64,000 nucleotides of DNA from Octopus bimaculoides (lineage: Eukaryota), in NCBI RefSeq assembly GCF_001194135.2, contig NC_068992.1:10578202-10642201 (forward strand), read 5' to 3'. Position 1 is the first letter of the stretch. Each line of letters opens with the position of its first letter. A program made the position numbers and the translations under genes. The notes beneath the pieces are model-generated. The model did no database searches and had not been told where the DNA came from. It was given only the letters and a program-made list of their open reading frames with translations. Below are positions 13,628-27,911 of this stretch, one piece after another.

Positions 13628-14939
13628 AGCAAGAATTTGAAAGAATTACAAAAAATTAATAAATCTCAACAACGTTTCTCACTAACAATATCAGAAATAC
13701 TGGCATAGGAATGAAATAAATTCTATCTTTGTATTTTACCAGTTCCTACCAGTCTGTAACAGAAATCTTTATGTGGCCACTTAATCTTCTAAAAATAGCA
13801 GCCAAATACTCCACGAGTTACATTTTAGGAAGGGATACATTAGGCAATGTGTGAAAGAAGGATGAGATGGTTATAAGTAAATGCTTTTGGTTATATGATT
13901 AATCTTTGAGGAATGATCTGAGCAAATAATAACAGTGTCATATTTATTCATGTAAAGTAGACACTTATATGTAGACACACCATGAAATATGGGAAGTGAA
14001 ATCCTAGAAAAAATGTGTAAAAATATCTTTAGTGTAATGATAGTTTAATGATATAATGTAAAAATAGGTTTAGCACAGTGTAAGAAGTTTAGTCAGTTTT
14101 ACTGTAATTGCTCTATAAAATATATTGGAAATGTTCACACATCCTAAGCAAAATGAAAAACAAATTTGAAAGTGAACTTTGAATTTTATCAGTCTATGTT
14201 GTAAAAGTGCATTTACTCTTAAAGTAAATATTGTGGAAATTATAAGAGCATGGTTTTTTTTTTCTAGAAATCAATTTGATTTTGATAATGATATTGTACT
14301 TAAATAAGTTTATACTCAATTTATAATTAAATTTGCACAGTGATACACACGGTCATGTTGTTACAGGAAAACGAAGTATTTATCGTTTAAGCATGAATTT
14401 TTTTAAACCTCTAACATTTTACATTATGCATTTTTTTTTTTTAAATAGTCTTCAGGTTTTTTTATGATTAGAACATCAGACATTTTTTAATTATTTTTTT
14501 CTTTCTGAAACACATTTTAAATTTTCAGAAAGTGAAAAAATATTTAAACATTTTGTTCAAAAACTAAGCACATTTCATTAGTCTCCCCATTTCCTGTTTT
14601 GGTTTTATATTTTAGGTTTTACTTTCAAATCATTTTAGTGAGTAAAGTGAGAAACAATCTAGACCAATACAATCTCTAACATACACTTGAATTATAATAC
14701 ACTCAAAAATACACTTGAATTATAATAAACATTTAAGAAGAAACTGAAGGCTGCGCACGGGACTCACTCCTGTAGACATGACAGGTTCAAGTCCTATGAG
14801 AAGCCTTTGACTTTTCCTACCCTGAAGGGTTTTCCAACCCAATATTCACATGTTATTTATAGCTTTATGTGATGTCTTTGAGATATGCCATTCCCAAATT
14901 AAAAGAAAAAAGGTTATAATGAGTTAAACTGTGGGCAAA

Positions 14940-15172
14940 GGTATGGGTGTGTGGTTAAGCAGTTTGCTTCCCATCCACATGGCTCCAGGTTCAATTCTAC
15001 TGTGTGCTACCTTGGTCAAGTGTCTTCTACTATAGGCCAGAGCTGACCAAAACCTTGTAAATGTATTTGGTAAACAAACTGGAAGAAGCCTATCTTACAT
15101 GTGTTGTTTGTGTGTGTGTGTGTGTGTGTTTGAGTGGATCTGACAGAACGAAGCCCATCATGTGTGTGGGTG

Positions 15173-15210
<38 letters not shown>

Positions 15211-15460
15211 TGTGTGTTTTTGTCTCCTTGTCTTGACATCACATGACAGTCATAAATGAGCATCATCCTCGTCATATAAACATTGTCATTCATTTTCAGT
15301 CTTCCATGTAAACATGCCTGGCCACAGAGAAATATTACCTTGCTTGGAAAGAGGTTAGTGTTAGTGACAGAAAGGGAATCCAGCCATAGAATATCTGCCC
15401 CCAAGAAATTCTATTCCAAGCTAAACAAGCATAGAAAAATGGGCATTAAAATAATGATGA
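14940..15460 (+). mobile_element. SINE with family A head but RTE-like 3' tail
   Basis: Family A head and body, then (TG)n, then a different 3' half containing gaaagggaatccagccatagaa...aagcatagaaaaatgggcattaaaataatgatg, which resembles the RTE 3' end. Confidence 0.6.
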
Positions 15461-15600
15461 TAATGATGGTGGTGGTGGTGATATTGATGATGATGACGAT
15501 GATGGTGGTGGTGGTGGTGGTAGTGATGATGGTAGTGGCGATGGTGGTGATGATAATGATGATGATGGTGATGGTGATGATGATGATGAGGAGGAGGATA
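15452..15600. repeat. (GAT)/(GGT)/(GAG) compound trinucleotide array
   Basis: Directly visible. It produces the spurious poly-His, poly-Met and poly-Ser ORFs. Confidence 0.95.
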
Positions 15601-16284
15601 ATAAGCTGTTCTGGGTATGGTCATATTCTTGTGATCGGTCAAAAGTGAATAACATTTAGTTCTCATGTCTAATGTGATTCTCTAATTTTCAGATTTAAAA
15701 ATCAGGAAAAAAATGTGTACATCATTACATAAACAACTATGTTATCACACTGCATTTATTTATGATGCTCTACTGATTTAGTCACTCCATCATCCTACCA
15801 GTAAGAAATGAATGCAAAATGAAGTGCAAAATTGAGAGTAAAATTTAATTTAGGAAAAAACAAAAAAAACAAAACAAAGCAAAAGAAATAATTCAAGATT
15901 ACAACCTCTGAGAATAAATTCCTTGATTACATTTTTAAAATGAAAATAAGCTTTGAAATTGCAATTTTCATGAATGCATGTTATTTTTATATTCAATATT
16001 TGCGAAGTTGTAGGAAAAGAATACACTATCTAATAAATAAATAAATGAATGACTAGACAAATAAATAAATAAATAAAACAAATAATTAATCATGTTTTAA
16101 ATGTAATCATTTTGTTACAATTGAGAATAAAAGTTGGGCCATTATTAAAAGATATTTATAGAGACTTAACACCTTATAACCTGTGCAGTTTATTCTTGAT
16201 GATAATGTTACGTACTTATTAGATGCTGAGATACTTAATTATTTCATACTAAAGAAATCCCAGCAGATTGAAATAGCATCAGCA

Positions 16285-16315
16285 CATTACCACCACTACC
16301 AGCAGCAGCAGCAGC

Positions 16316-16345
<30 letters not shown>
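16285..16345. repeat. (CAC)/(CAG)/(CAA) trinucleotide array
   Basis: Directly visible. Confidence 0.9.
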
Positions 16346-16346
<1 letters not shown>

Positions 16347-16733
16347 GCAACACCACCACCACTTTTCGCCATTATTACGACACTACTTTGTTGTCTCAGT
16401 GCCGAATGAAGAAGCTAGTGTTTTGACACTTAAAAATGACCACTGATAAGATTATTGGAACAAATGAGAAAGTTCTAGTAAAAAAAAAAAATTATTTTAA
16501 CTGTATTTTGTGGCTTAGAAACTCATAAATTTATTCTGTACGAATACTTTTTTCACCCCTGAATATTTATATTTGTATATAAATTCATTTGTTACTATAA
16601 TTTATTAGTTTCTTTTGCATATTCTTAGTGTATGCAAATATAGTATTGGTATATCCCATTTATGTTCATTAGAAATTAAATAAAGAATTTTGGCATGTAT
16701 GAATATTTATTTTCCCCCACTGTATATATATAA

Positions 16734-16764
<31 letters not shown>

Positions 16765-17494
16765 TGTATGTACGTACGTACACGGTTCTGACATGGTGTA
16801 AAGTTAAATTATTTGCAAAGAAGCACTCCACCCGAATATTGGGCTATCAATGACAGCACACTTTTGATAACAAATCTGATGAAGTGTCTCTCTATTGTCT
16901 AAAACTGCAAACATAACATAAATTCTGACTTTGAATTTTTGTGTAAACTGGCATTGCAAATAGAGTTGGTACAGAAACAATTATAAAGAATGTGTTGAAG
17001 ATGTGTCAAAGATTTTCTTTGTCTTCTTCTTATCATTTGGATATATACACAAGTATATAACAGACTACTTTCAGTTTCTGTCGACCAAATTCACTGCCAA
17101 GAAAAGGATGCTTATTCAAAATGCCATGCGGTAGGATTGAAACTGGAACCACTTGACTGGGAATTGATCTTCTTATCCACAGTTTATTGCTGAAATGAAT
17201 TGAAAGGAAATGAAAATGCTATCTAATTAAATAAACACATAAGGTAATATATTTTATTCTTGCCACTTCACTAAGAAAAACATAAAATGGATTCCTGATA
17301 AGATGTTTTTTTCTTTCTCTTGTTATAGAAATTTGATGAATAACCAATTGACATAAATCTTATAATAACATCTTATGATAATTAAAAATGAATGAAGAAG
17401 CCATGACAGTGCAAATAAAGGAACAAAAAATAAACAAAAAACCCTGAAAACATGCGTTATACTTATATTCTATTTTAATATTTCTGTCAACAAG

Positions 17495-17573
17495 GTTCTA
17501 AGCTTACACTTTATAATGTTGAAGACAATAGATAGTCTAGCTAACAAACAATCTGTTCTTTTAACAGGTCAAG
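17495..17573 (+). CDS. Candidate exon (phase 0 to 1)
   Basis: Pyrimidine-rich run then CAAG acceptor; VLSLHFIMLKTIDSLANKQSVLLTGQ; donor AAG|GTAAAT. Phase is compatible with exon 19342. Confidence 0.3.
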
Positions 17574-17739
17574 GTAAATATTGCACAAGAAAGAACAGTA
17601 GAGATATTAATTACACAAGAAGGCTGCAAAGAAAATGGCACATTAATTTAAATAGCAGTAATCTAAAATGAAAAAAGGTTATATGAATATGATTGAATGA
17701 ACACATTGAATGAATAGTGATAAAATGGCAATGTGTTAC

Positions 17740-19300
17740 TCTGAAAAATGGCAAGAGATATGTATGGAGAGAACCATTTCGTCTTGCAAATGGCCATCTC
17801 TATTTCAGTAATAATGATTAAGGAGGTGATTTTGGGGAGGGTCTTAGATACCAGACATTTCCACCATTATAGGCTGAAAAAGAAACCTATCAGAGAGCAG
17901 TCTCTACTTTATCAGAAAACTCTTGTCTTTCTTTGATCGATGGCACTTGAGTCTGACATCGATTTCCCTGGGTCACAGAAAGTGGCAACTGTTACATCAC
18001 TGATGAAAAACTTGCTGGCTCAGAATCATAAACTTGTGATGCCATTCAGACATTTAGAGGTTAACAAATGGTATCTTTAAAAAATCAGGTGAAAAGTGTG
18101 CTTTGCCATAGTTGTTTATTCAGTTTGTTCAAATGCCTTGCTTACCAGGACACACATTTTTTACTTCATTGTCCTGGAGGGAGGGACAGTACTCATGGTC
18201 TTTGCAGGCCCTCATGACACCAATGAGACTGCAGCTGTTAAGGTTCTGTTTAAACTGTTGCAAGCTGTCACTAGCAGGAAAGATATGTCCAAGGAGAAGG
18301 TTCTGATGGGAGAATATTCTAAGGAAAAAGGACTCGGCATATTGGTTTGAGTGAAACTTAGGATGGGGATGCAATAGGGGTGATGAGAAGAGGAGAAATG
18401 AATGAGTTGGGTGTGCCTGAGGTAACAAAAGGCCTGCTAACTCTGAAATACAGAGGCCATTATGGTATCAATAGAAAAGTCAGAAAGAGGATACAGTACA
18501 CCTGTGGACTAGAGGCTAGAGTATGTCAAAGAGTAATTTTGTGTCATTTCATTTCTTTGGATGTGATCTCAGATATCTGTCTGTGTTTAGTAGTGGTACC
18601 GTGGAAGCTATGCACAATTGTGAGTTACATTTGATCCCTGTAGAATGTCATTAATTGTTGGGTGTTGAAAGAGAGCTTCTGAAGTATATTCTTTAAGATG
18701 AAGAATGTTTTATTGTTGTTGCTGTTAGTAGTTTGTTTGCTTATCTTATTGAACCTGAAATGTAATTGGGGATGACCCACAGATTTGCTGTATTCCAATT
18801 CTGAACTGTAATATATATATATATTTATATTTGAAAGAAAAAAGATTTAGTCCCATTTTTGTATGATAATGGATTAGAAACACATTGCCATTTTGTGTCA
18901 GCATGTATGAGCTATTAACACTACTGCAAGTACATAGATGATAGAGAGAACATTTGGTGTTTCTCCACCAGGCTTTCTGCAAATTTATGTAATGTCTTCC
19001 ATCTACGAAAATACTACTGGTTCACCTATATATGCACTGCTAAAGCACAACAGAGGGGAAATCCAAGAAGAACTTCCTCATGCAGTAACAGATGAGTGTT
19101 GGTAACTGAATCATCACTCTGATTTTACTACTCTTGTTATTGACTCAGTCACTCAAGCAATTAGGATAGGATTTGAGCCTGATATACGAACACCAGTATG
19201 GTTCTTCCACTTTGTACAGTGTACAAGAAGAAAAATAGTGAGCTTAAGGCTTATCAACAAACATAAAGATAACAGTGACTTGTGACGGTTTCATAGAGAA
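17740..19300 (-). mobile_element. Decayed CR1/L2-group LINE (RT C-terminus and 3' UTR)
   Basis: Minus-strand peptides SELEYS..ICGSSP (RPxLEYC..W motif) and HSNQYAESFFLR...HIFPASDSLQQFKQNLNS (the SFFPRT..WN.LP...FK..IN C-terminal motif), plus a DD-like remnant near 19100. Confidence 0.65.
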
Positions 19301-19341
19301 GTAGATGCACTTGCCACCCCACCTCTTTTTTTTTTTTACAG

Positions 19342-19443
19342 TGAACAAACGCATGATCAGTGAGAAGCCTGTCCAGAAGTGGCTAACCCTTTATAAAACT
19401 GTTTTAGACAGCACCTATGTCAGGAACTTTCTATATCAATATG
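19342..19443 (+). CDS. Candidate coding exon of an unidentified gene (102 nt, phase 1 to 1)
   Basis: T-run plus ACAG acceptor; open frame NKRMISEKPVQKWLTLYKTVLDSTYVRNFLYQY; donor G|GTAAAA. Confidence 0.5.
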
Positions 19444-21514
19444 GTAAAAGACCCAATCTGAGATTTGTTTCATTATGATTCTCATCTAAATTATGAGATT
19501 TTAATTCAGGATTACTAAATAGTAACTGGAATTAATGTTTTTTCCTCTTGTTGGCTGTGAGAACCCTTCCAACTGGAAAATAAACAGAGCACTTCAGAAA
19601 GAAGCCATCGTTAATGTGTTCATTTCTCAAGATGTAATTTGTTTTCCTCTCCACCCTGATCCCTCACCCATTAAAAAATATGGAAAAAAGTAGATGCATA
19701 CAGACATCCACGAACAATATAAAAACTGTACAATGACTATGGAAATAAAGATCACAAGAACATCCATCAGTTAATCCAAGGTGTTAAACATTTGCCTTTA
19801 ATTACGTCTAATAATTTAATTTTACTCTGCTTTCAAGTAACTTTATAATCACATGCAATTAATTGACCTGATTTTAAAGACTATTTTAATTAAAAATTAT
19901 TTTAATCAAACATGCCATTCATTGCTATTTCAACCTGTGCCACTTTTGCTATGTTGCTTTTACTTGTACCCTGTTTACATAAGTCATTTTTACTATGCTC
20001 CTGCCATAAATATTACTATGATCATCCCAATGTCAATATTATAAAACAAATATGGTGAGGTCTCCTATATGTAATATTCTCAGTTGAAAAATTATTTTCC
20101 AAAAATAAACTGTTATCTGATCTTATTTGAGTTAACTCCCTTGCTTGGTGTCATCTTGAGATTTTAAATACAATAAATGTGTGTTTTCATCTTCTTCTTG
20201 TATAGATAATCTCAGTTTATATCTATCAACATTTTTCAGTTCATTATCCTACATATGCGACCATAGACTATGTTTATTTAGTATTTTCTCTTAGCCATAC
20301 TATTGATATAATTTGCACCACTAGATTGCCTCTATTTCTAAACACATAAACATATTTATATGTGTGTTTGTATATGTGTGAAGGTGTGTGGTATATTGCT
20401 GTGGGTGTTGTATTCACAATTACAGAATCATATATTCAATTTCCAGACTGGGTAGAGTGTTGTGGTCTTAAGCAAGACACTTAATTTCATGTTGTTCCAG
20501 GCCATTTAGTTTTAAATTAGTAAACCTGCAACGGCTGCAATATATGTATATATCCAAATTTAGAATGTATACACCCAAATTTAAATTTATTATGCACATG
20601 CACACACACACACACACACAAATACACACAAAAAAAAAAACACATGCACACACATATATATGATATATGTTCGATGTTGACTGTTAGAAGAAAAATGACT
20701 TAATTCACAAGTAGAAATTCATATTTTCATTATGGTCAAGTGAGTTTTTGCTGCTGATGATATTTTTATGTTAATTATTGTTTTCCCAGACTCCTGTTGA
20801 TGTCATTATTGTCATAGCAACAATAACTGCAATTGAGACAGACATATTTTCGACATCATAATTGTTTGGGTGCATGGTGGTGGTGGGGTCTGCATTTATT
20901 TTTGAGATTGTAGTATGAGACATTACCAAAAAACCCCTGCATTGTAAATTTGGACACTATGGTTTTCTATTGTTAAGGTAGTGTGGCATAACTGCACTTT
21001 AGCACCCCACTGTTTTTTGCTTTCTTATATATTTATAAAAAAGTTTCAATTTTGTGGAGAGATATGTTCTCAAAAACGTTGATTACAATTATATTAGTGA
21101 AATAAAATAAATTCAAGAGCACTCTCTCCACCATCACAACTTTTCTGTCACTTTGGCAGTTTTAAACTGTTTTGTTCAAATTTACAAGCTTGACACATCA
21201 ACATTATGTAATGTATACCTTAAGACCATACTTTGGCAAAATGTCATTTAAAAATAATCATTTTAAAGAAAGTTGTTAGGAAACAAAGTCAGCAGCTGTT
21301 ATATTATTTCATATCTTCGTTCCAATAAACTTTTGTTATAATTATGTCATTTCGCTCTGAAGAGACATTGCCCATGAACTGGAAAAGTTCATGGCCAATG
21401 TCTATTCATTTAATTAAATGATAAAAGTATTTTAAAGAAAAAAGAAAAGGGAAATAATTATCTAGTTAAAAGACATTCATTCTAAATACCTCATAGCATC
21501 TCATACATTACCTT

Positions 21515-21620
21515 TCACTTTTGGGATCGATAAAATAAGTACCAGCTGTGCACTGGGGTTGATGTGATCAACTTACCCCACCACCCCGAAATTGTTGGCC
21601 TTGTGCCAAAATTTTAAATC
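21515..21620 (+). mobile_element. SINE family C 3' fragment
   Basis: gggatcgataaaataagtaccagctgtgcactggggttgatgtgatcaact...ggccttgtgccaaaatttt. Confidence 0.7.
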
Positions 21621-22015
21621 AATATATAGTTGCACCTTGCTGTACACACATCTGCTGTAGCATAATCAGGGTGATCTTAATGCATGAGCTCACTGCACAG
21701 CTGTCCAGGGGCTTCATGAGCCTAGTGACCCAATTTTGATCTGTGCATGCTTGCTTTGCTGTTAATATATGATTACTATAAGGCACAGTGCTTTGACTTG
21801 CCCTTAGGGCCTATAAAGCTGCTGAGACCATCCTGGGCACAATGCTTGGAAAGCTGTAATCTCTGTAGAAATCCGGGTGCCAATCACATAGAAGTAGGAT
21901 ATTTTATGCCTCAATTACATTTTGTAATTAAGTAACCAGCCTGGAGGGGCTTGCACAGGTCATAGGTATTGACCATTAAAAAGGCTGATATTTAAGTACC
22001 TCATAATATCTTGTT

Positions 22016-22380
22016 GTGGAGGCGCCATGGCCCAGTGGTTAGGGTAGTGGACTCGCAGTTATAGGATTGCGGTTTTGATTCCAAGACCAGGCGTTGTGAG
22101 TGTTTATTGAGCGAAAACACCTAAAGCTCCACGAGGCTCCTGCAGGGGATGGTGGCGAACCCTGCTGTACTCTTTCACCACAACTTTCTATCACTCTTAC
22201 TTCCTGTTTCTGTTGTGCCTTGTCACACTGTGTCACGCTGAATCTCCGCGAGAACTACGTTAAGAGTACATGTGTGTGTGTGGAGTGCTCAGCCACTTGC
22301 ACGTTAATTTCAGGAGCAGGCTGTTCCGTTGATCGGATCAACTGGAACCCTCATCGTCGTAAGTGATGGAGTGCCAACAC
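22016..22380 (+). mobile_element. SINE family B, full length, with 10-bp TSD
   Basis: Matches 41280-41666. AATATCTTGT is duplicated at 22005-22014 and 22385-22394. Confidence 0.92.
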
Positions 22381-24649
22381 ACTCAATATCTTGTACTTCA
22401 TAAAAGAATTTATGTACCTTGTGTCACTCCACTGCCCATATATCTTCTGTGGTACACTGCTTGGGAACCGTTGGTCTAAACAGAAATCGTATAAAAAGTA
22501 AGAGGTGTTGTCTTTCTTCATCTGAATAAACCATTTAAAAGAAATCAATATTCATTTATTTTTGACAAACAAAAACAAAAGGACAGTATGAAAGTGATTT
22601 TTTTTATTAATGGTTAATCATTTCAATAATATTCATAATTGTAGTGGTGTAGAGTTGTGAGGGATAATAAATTATGACAGACTCTTGTATGGAATTCAAT
22701 ATTGTTTACTTGAAACGTATACAAATATAACATATATTATAAACAAGAAATCGGAAACAGATACAAAAGAAAATATAAAATGGAAAATGAATAACAAAGA
22801 AATATAAACATAAAGTAAAATAATAGACAAGTCTATATTTCTTCAATGATTTAAATAAGTGTTCTTTTCTTTTTCTTCTATATCTTTGTTCTCTTCTTGT
22901 ACTTCTGCTGATTCATCTTTGAAATAAAATAAATGAATTTACTCATGATGTAACACGATGAGGAGCAGTACAATAGAAACTTATGTCATGAGGGTTAGCC
23001 TCTTTTAATAAACCCTTCATACAATTCGGCTAACAAAGCGGCCTCTATTTCATGAGCATTATATACAACCCTGGTGCAATTTTTATGTCAAAAAGTTTAT
23101 TATCATTTTTTATTTTTAATATTATTCTGTAAATTATAGCAATAATAGTTCTGATTATTTACATCAGTGCACCTTAGAGAATCTTTTGTTCTCTCAGCTA
23201 ATGCAAAAGAAGCTTATAAATCAATAGCAAAAAAATATGTGTCCTATTTCCCCTTCACTTTGTTTATACATACTGAACCAAACTGAAATTGTTTCCTTTT
23301 TTAAAAATTTACATGTATTGGTTTGAATGGATTTTAGTGATATGATTGATATCAAAAGTCTATGCTGCTGAAAAAGTAGTGCAAGCTTTCTATTAAGTAC
23401 TGGTTTTCCCCAAAACTACTTCAATTTAGAAAAATTCTACTTTTGTTCAATTCTAGGGTCTCTAACTTAATAAGATTGTATAGATACTATATGGATACGT
23501 TTTTTCTGCACATCTTTGCCCACAAACTTTGTTAACGTCTCATATTTTTTCTTTCTTTCCTTTTTTTGCATATGTTTTGTTAATAATGTCATTAAAATGT
23601 ATAGTGACCCCTTTTTTATCAATTAACTTTGGGATGCAATATGAATAAGGTGTTTAGAAATAGTTGTCCATAACTAGCCTGAGGGGTCTTAGTTTAGACT
23701 TTAATTTGATCTACAAAACTAAACAAGTTTCACACTCCTGCTTTATGTAATTGTGCAATTTACTAGAAATAACAACCAAATCTCCCTTAAATCACAACAT
23801 ATCTGCTTAGACAAAGAAAACAGACACTAAATAATTTTCTTCTACTCCCACCCATGCTAGCATGGAACACAGACGTTAAATGATGATGATGATTGTAATA
23901 ATATTAGTCTGCATGTCAAACTATGGAATGAAAGGAAAATCATAAATTATTATACATATCGGCATCATCATATTCACCATTGTCTTCATTATCCCTATCA
24001 TCACTGTTGCTTTCCATCTATTTTTTTTCAATGTTAGCCAAGGTGAGATGAGACTTGTTAAGACAGTTTTCTGCAGCAAGTCACCCATCCTGTAACTAAA
24101 CATTATCTCCTTCCGTTTTTTTTGCATGATGGACTGTACAACAGCTGGGTATGTTTTTTTACAGCAAGTATAAACATTAACACCACTGCCTAAACAGTGT
24201 CATTGTTTGAGGTTTAAACATGAAGACAATACCAAAACACAGATCAGAAGGGACTAACACATGAACCCTTTCCCATGATGCCATGCAGTGGGAGCAAACC
24301 TGGAACCTTTTGGTTGCAAAGTGAACATCTTAACCAAGAGACCATGCCTGAAAAATACAATATCTTTAATAGAATCGTATTATAAATTATAGAATGAAAC
24401 TGAAGACGAAATCTATTATAAAAGAACACTTATATTATTTACATTATTCATAAGATAATTAACTGATGAATAAATATTTCAAATCAAATATGATATATGA
24501 AGTTCTGCTTGAAAGTATGAATACACTAATAGACTATATTTATTGATGTACATGTAAAATAAGCAATGTATTTTATAATAAATTAAGCTGATAACCTGAG
24601 AACGTTTTTGACATGATTGCTTTGATGGCACTTTTTCAATTCTTGCTGT

Positions 24650-25765
24650 AAAATAAGCATTAGTTTTTAATGCATTTAAATGTGTTATAAGTATTTTTCC
24701 AGGTTATTTTATACCATTTGTATCGATATTACCCTTCGAAAATGATTTTATATTAGGACCTTATCAGACACTGCCTGTTGTATGAATTTGAAAGGGCCTC
24801 TACACCAATGGGAGCAGTAAAAAACATTCATTCTGTCTATAGAAATGAACATTTTTGGCAAGTTTTACTCGGGGAAATTTTTCTTTCACAAATTCTCTTA
24901 TATCTGCACATCTAAGTTCTGTCAATGTTGTAGCTTCTGAAAACTGTAATTGAGAAAAATCTCAAGCAAACTGCATGAGAATTGGCAAAACAGTTCAATT
25001 CAAGTCACATTTTCATTATAAAACACCTTTATGAACAGGAAAAGTATCTAAACTTACTCAGTGGTTCCATCATCATCTGACTGCTTCCCAGTTTAATCAA
25101 AGAATTACTTTCTGCTAATCATTGAAGAGTAAGCTTGTTATTAAATATTTCCAGGGTAGAATCAACACAAGCGATGAAAAGGGAGTTCTCTATAATCATA
25201 CCAATGAAAACAATAACAAAAGCTACAACCCTAAAAGTTATGCTCTGTTTGGTGTGATAGGAAGGGTGTTATCTATCATAAAGTGTTAAACCAAAACAAA
25301 GCAGCTCATGTGGGGAAGTACTGTCATCAATTGGAATCATCGCACAAAAATTTGCTGAAAAAGCATCCATAAAGGGGTGCTACTTTACTCTTACACAATA
25401 ATACAAGACCACATACTACCCAATTGCTCAACAAAAGATTATGACACTAAATGTGGAAGATTTGCTTCATCCTCTTTATTCTCCTGATCTTGATCCATCT
25501 GATTGTCATGTTTTGAATGGCTGGAACATTATTTAGAAAGAAAACTTGATTAATTGTGAAGAGGTTAACAATGAGATTGAGTGTTTCTTTGCACTGAATC
25601 CGGAAAACTTTTAGGTGTTAAGAATCAACAATGTGCCGAATAGATGAGATAATGTTATCAATAGAGAAGGGAAATATTATCTTGAGTAAATATATCAATT
25701 AAAACCCCGAGAAACAAATGTTTCTTTTCCAACTTGAAAAGCAACAGGACATTCTCTCCAACATA
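24650..25765 (+). mobile_element. Heavily decayed near-full-length mariner
   Basis: Remnants of the HTH region (KNIHSVY; ELAKQFN), SKL.QW.HHL (WVPHEL), TSDEK, LLHNNTRPH and HPLYSPDLDPSD. Confidence 0.8.
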
Positions 25766-26102
25766 ATACAAATATGAATCAATGTTGCTATGATATTTAT
25801 TTTATGTCAAAGAAAGATTTGCAAAGCAGTCAAATATACTTTCAGCCAAATTTTTACGGTGATCTAGAGTAATCTCTTGTGTTCTAAACTGCAATACTGC
25901 CTCTTTTAACTTCAAAATTAACATGATAAGTAAAATTAAATAAATTAAAATTAATAATCTTTATTTTTCACTTCACTGAAAGATAAATAAAGCATCTGTT
26001 TGCGTTTGTCCCTATAAGTTTGATTGCATGTCACAAAAATGGTTAAAGTTTGTATTGTTTATCAATAAATTTTTCACATTTTACATTTCATAATCATCAG
26101 AA

Positions 26103-26300
26103 ACCCACCACCACCATCTTCAGTTAACGTCCATTTTCCATACTAGCATGGGTCAGATGGTTTGACAGGGACTGGCAAATCCGAGAGCCACACCAAGTTC
26201 CATAGTTTGTTTTGGCTTGGTTTCTACAACTGGATGCCCTTCCTAACACCTACCACTTTACAGAGTGTACTGGGTGCTTTTTCCATGGCACCAGCATCAA
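26103..26300 (-). mobile_element. RTE-type 3' end
   Basis: gttaacgtccattttccatactagcatggg...ctggatgcccttcctaacacc. Confidence 0.75.
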
Positions 26301-27911
26301 TACTTTTTACTCAGAATATAAATATATGGATATAACATGTGGAGAAAACCTGGGTGAAACAGTATATGATAATCGTCAGCTAAAAGGATTTTTTGATCTT
26401 TCTCTAAATATGATGGGAAAAGGAGGCAGTTTAGCAAGAGTATGCAGTTTTTGTGTGAAATACTTTTGAACAACACTTAGTTTAATAATGAGTCTTCAAC
26501 ACAAAATTGCAGTTTAGAAAAGAGAACTCTAAATATTCATAAGATATTGACTGAACTTCAAGAATTTTTCAAAAATGATTGAAGGTTTTCAAAAGAATTC
26601 TGACAATAATGTTACAGTATATATTTAGCCTGTGTGTAAAATAAAGTTTTGTAAACTGAACTTTCTTTGCTTATGATATTTCAAAATAAGATCGTTTACA
26701 GAATTTGACAAGAGATGTCAGCATGAAGAACTTTCCAAAAGTGCACATGGTCATGTTCCTTGAGAATATGATTTGTCAAATTTTGCCACTATCCACAATA
26801 TCTAAAAGTCTGTGGTACCTTCATCTTTCAGTCTCTTGAGATGCTACGAAAGCAAGGTCATAATCCTTGTTTACAGATGCCAGAATGAAAGTGTGTACTT
26901 ACTCTTTAAGGTACACCCTGTTAAACCTAAAAAAAGTATGTTTACTGTTGCTCTGTCACCTTCACCTTAACCCAATATTACAATTACTTGAAGAGGCATT
27001 TGACATTGGGTGAACCTTCTATAATTATAGGTGAGTTGGTAGAATTGTTAAAGTTTTAGATGGAACGGCTTGGAGTATTTGATCTGACTCAAAACTTGGA
27101 GTGTAAATTCTGCCGAGATCAACTTTTGGTGTTGGTACCTAAAATATTATCTCTCTCTCTCTCTCTCTCCAGAAGAAATCAGTTGTCTTCAGACCGGAAG
27201 ACTGATGAGCTCTATCACAATTAACTTGCCCAATATACATCAGATGTCATGACACTGCTCCTACAAATCCATAAGAATTGACACCCCAAAGAGGGATATA
27301 TATACATATATAAACTTACATTTCATGTTTTTGTTTTCTTAGTTAGTGAAGAAGGTTTCCTAGTTTCGGTTGTTGATTGTCCAAAAGCCTTGTATTATTC
27401 TATGTTTAAATACTATTTCATTTAGCATATTTACCAACTCTTAAACAATATCATTTACTTTTTACATTGCACACATTCAATCTTATAGTTTTAACGAAAC
27501 CCTTTACAAAGCTAAATCCAAATACAAAAGCAACACTTTTTCATAAACTTCCATTAAAGTAAACATTATCTTTGCACTTGTCTTCAGTCTAAAACCAACA
27601 CTCTTTTTCATTTTCAACTTTTCTATTTTAATGATAGCAAAAATCCATTCAATAAAATTTGCTTTTGCCTTGTTTTCAGATAAAATTCACTTCACTGGTT
27701 AATTAATTTAACTTTAACTTTATACTGGGTTACAGCAAAATAATAAGCTAAAATGTGTAGAATTAAAAAATAAGATATTGCCCAAGAGTTGTTGATTATG
27801 ATTATGGAAAGTTACTTAAACATGGTAAAAATGTTGGATTAACACTTTAAACACCAAAATATTTTCATTGTCATCAAAAACTCCAATGCAAATCTATATA
27901 ATCAAACATCA

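Noticed and set aside
14681-14730. 19-bp direct repeat atacacttgaattataata x2
   Set aside because: A simple local slippage duplication with no further structure.
14766-14820. Minus-strand exon candidate GRKSQRLLIGLEPVMSTG with GTGAGT donor
   Set aside because: The acceptor lacks a pyrimidine tract, there is an in-frame stop just upstream, and it is not phase-compatible with the other minus candidates.
27170-27215. GAAA...GTC...CTGATGAG, a type-II hammerhead look-alike
   Set aside because: Stems II and III do not pair, and the C of CUGAUGA is sequestered in a competing gtcttc/gaagac hairpin.
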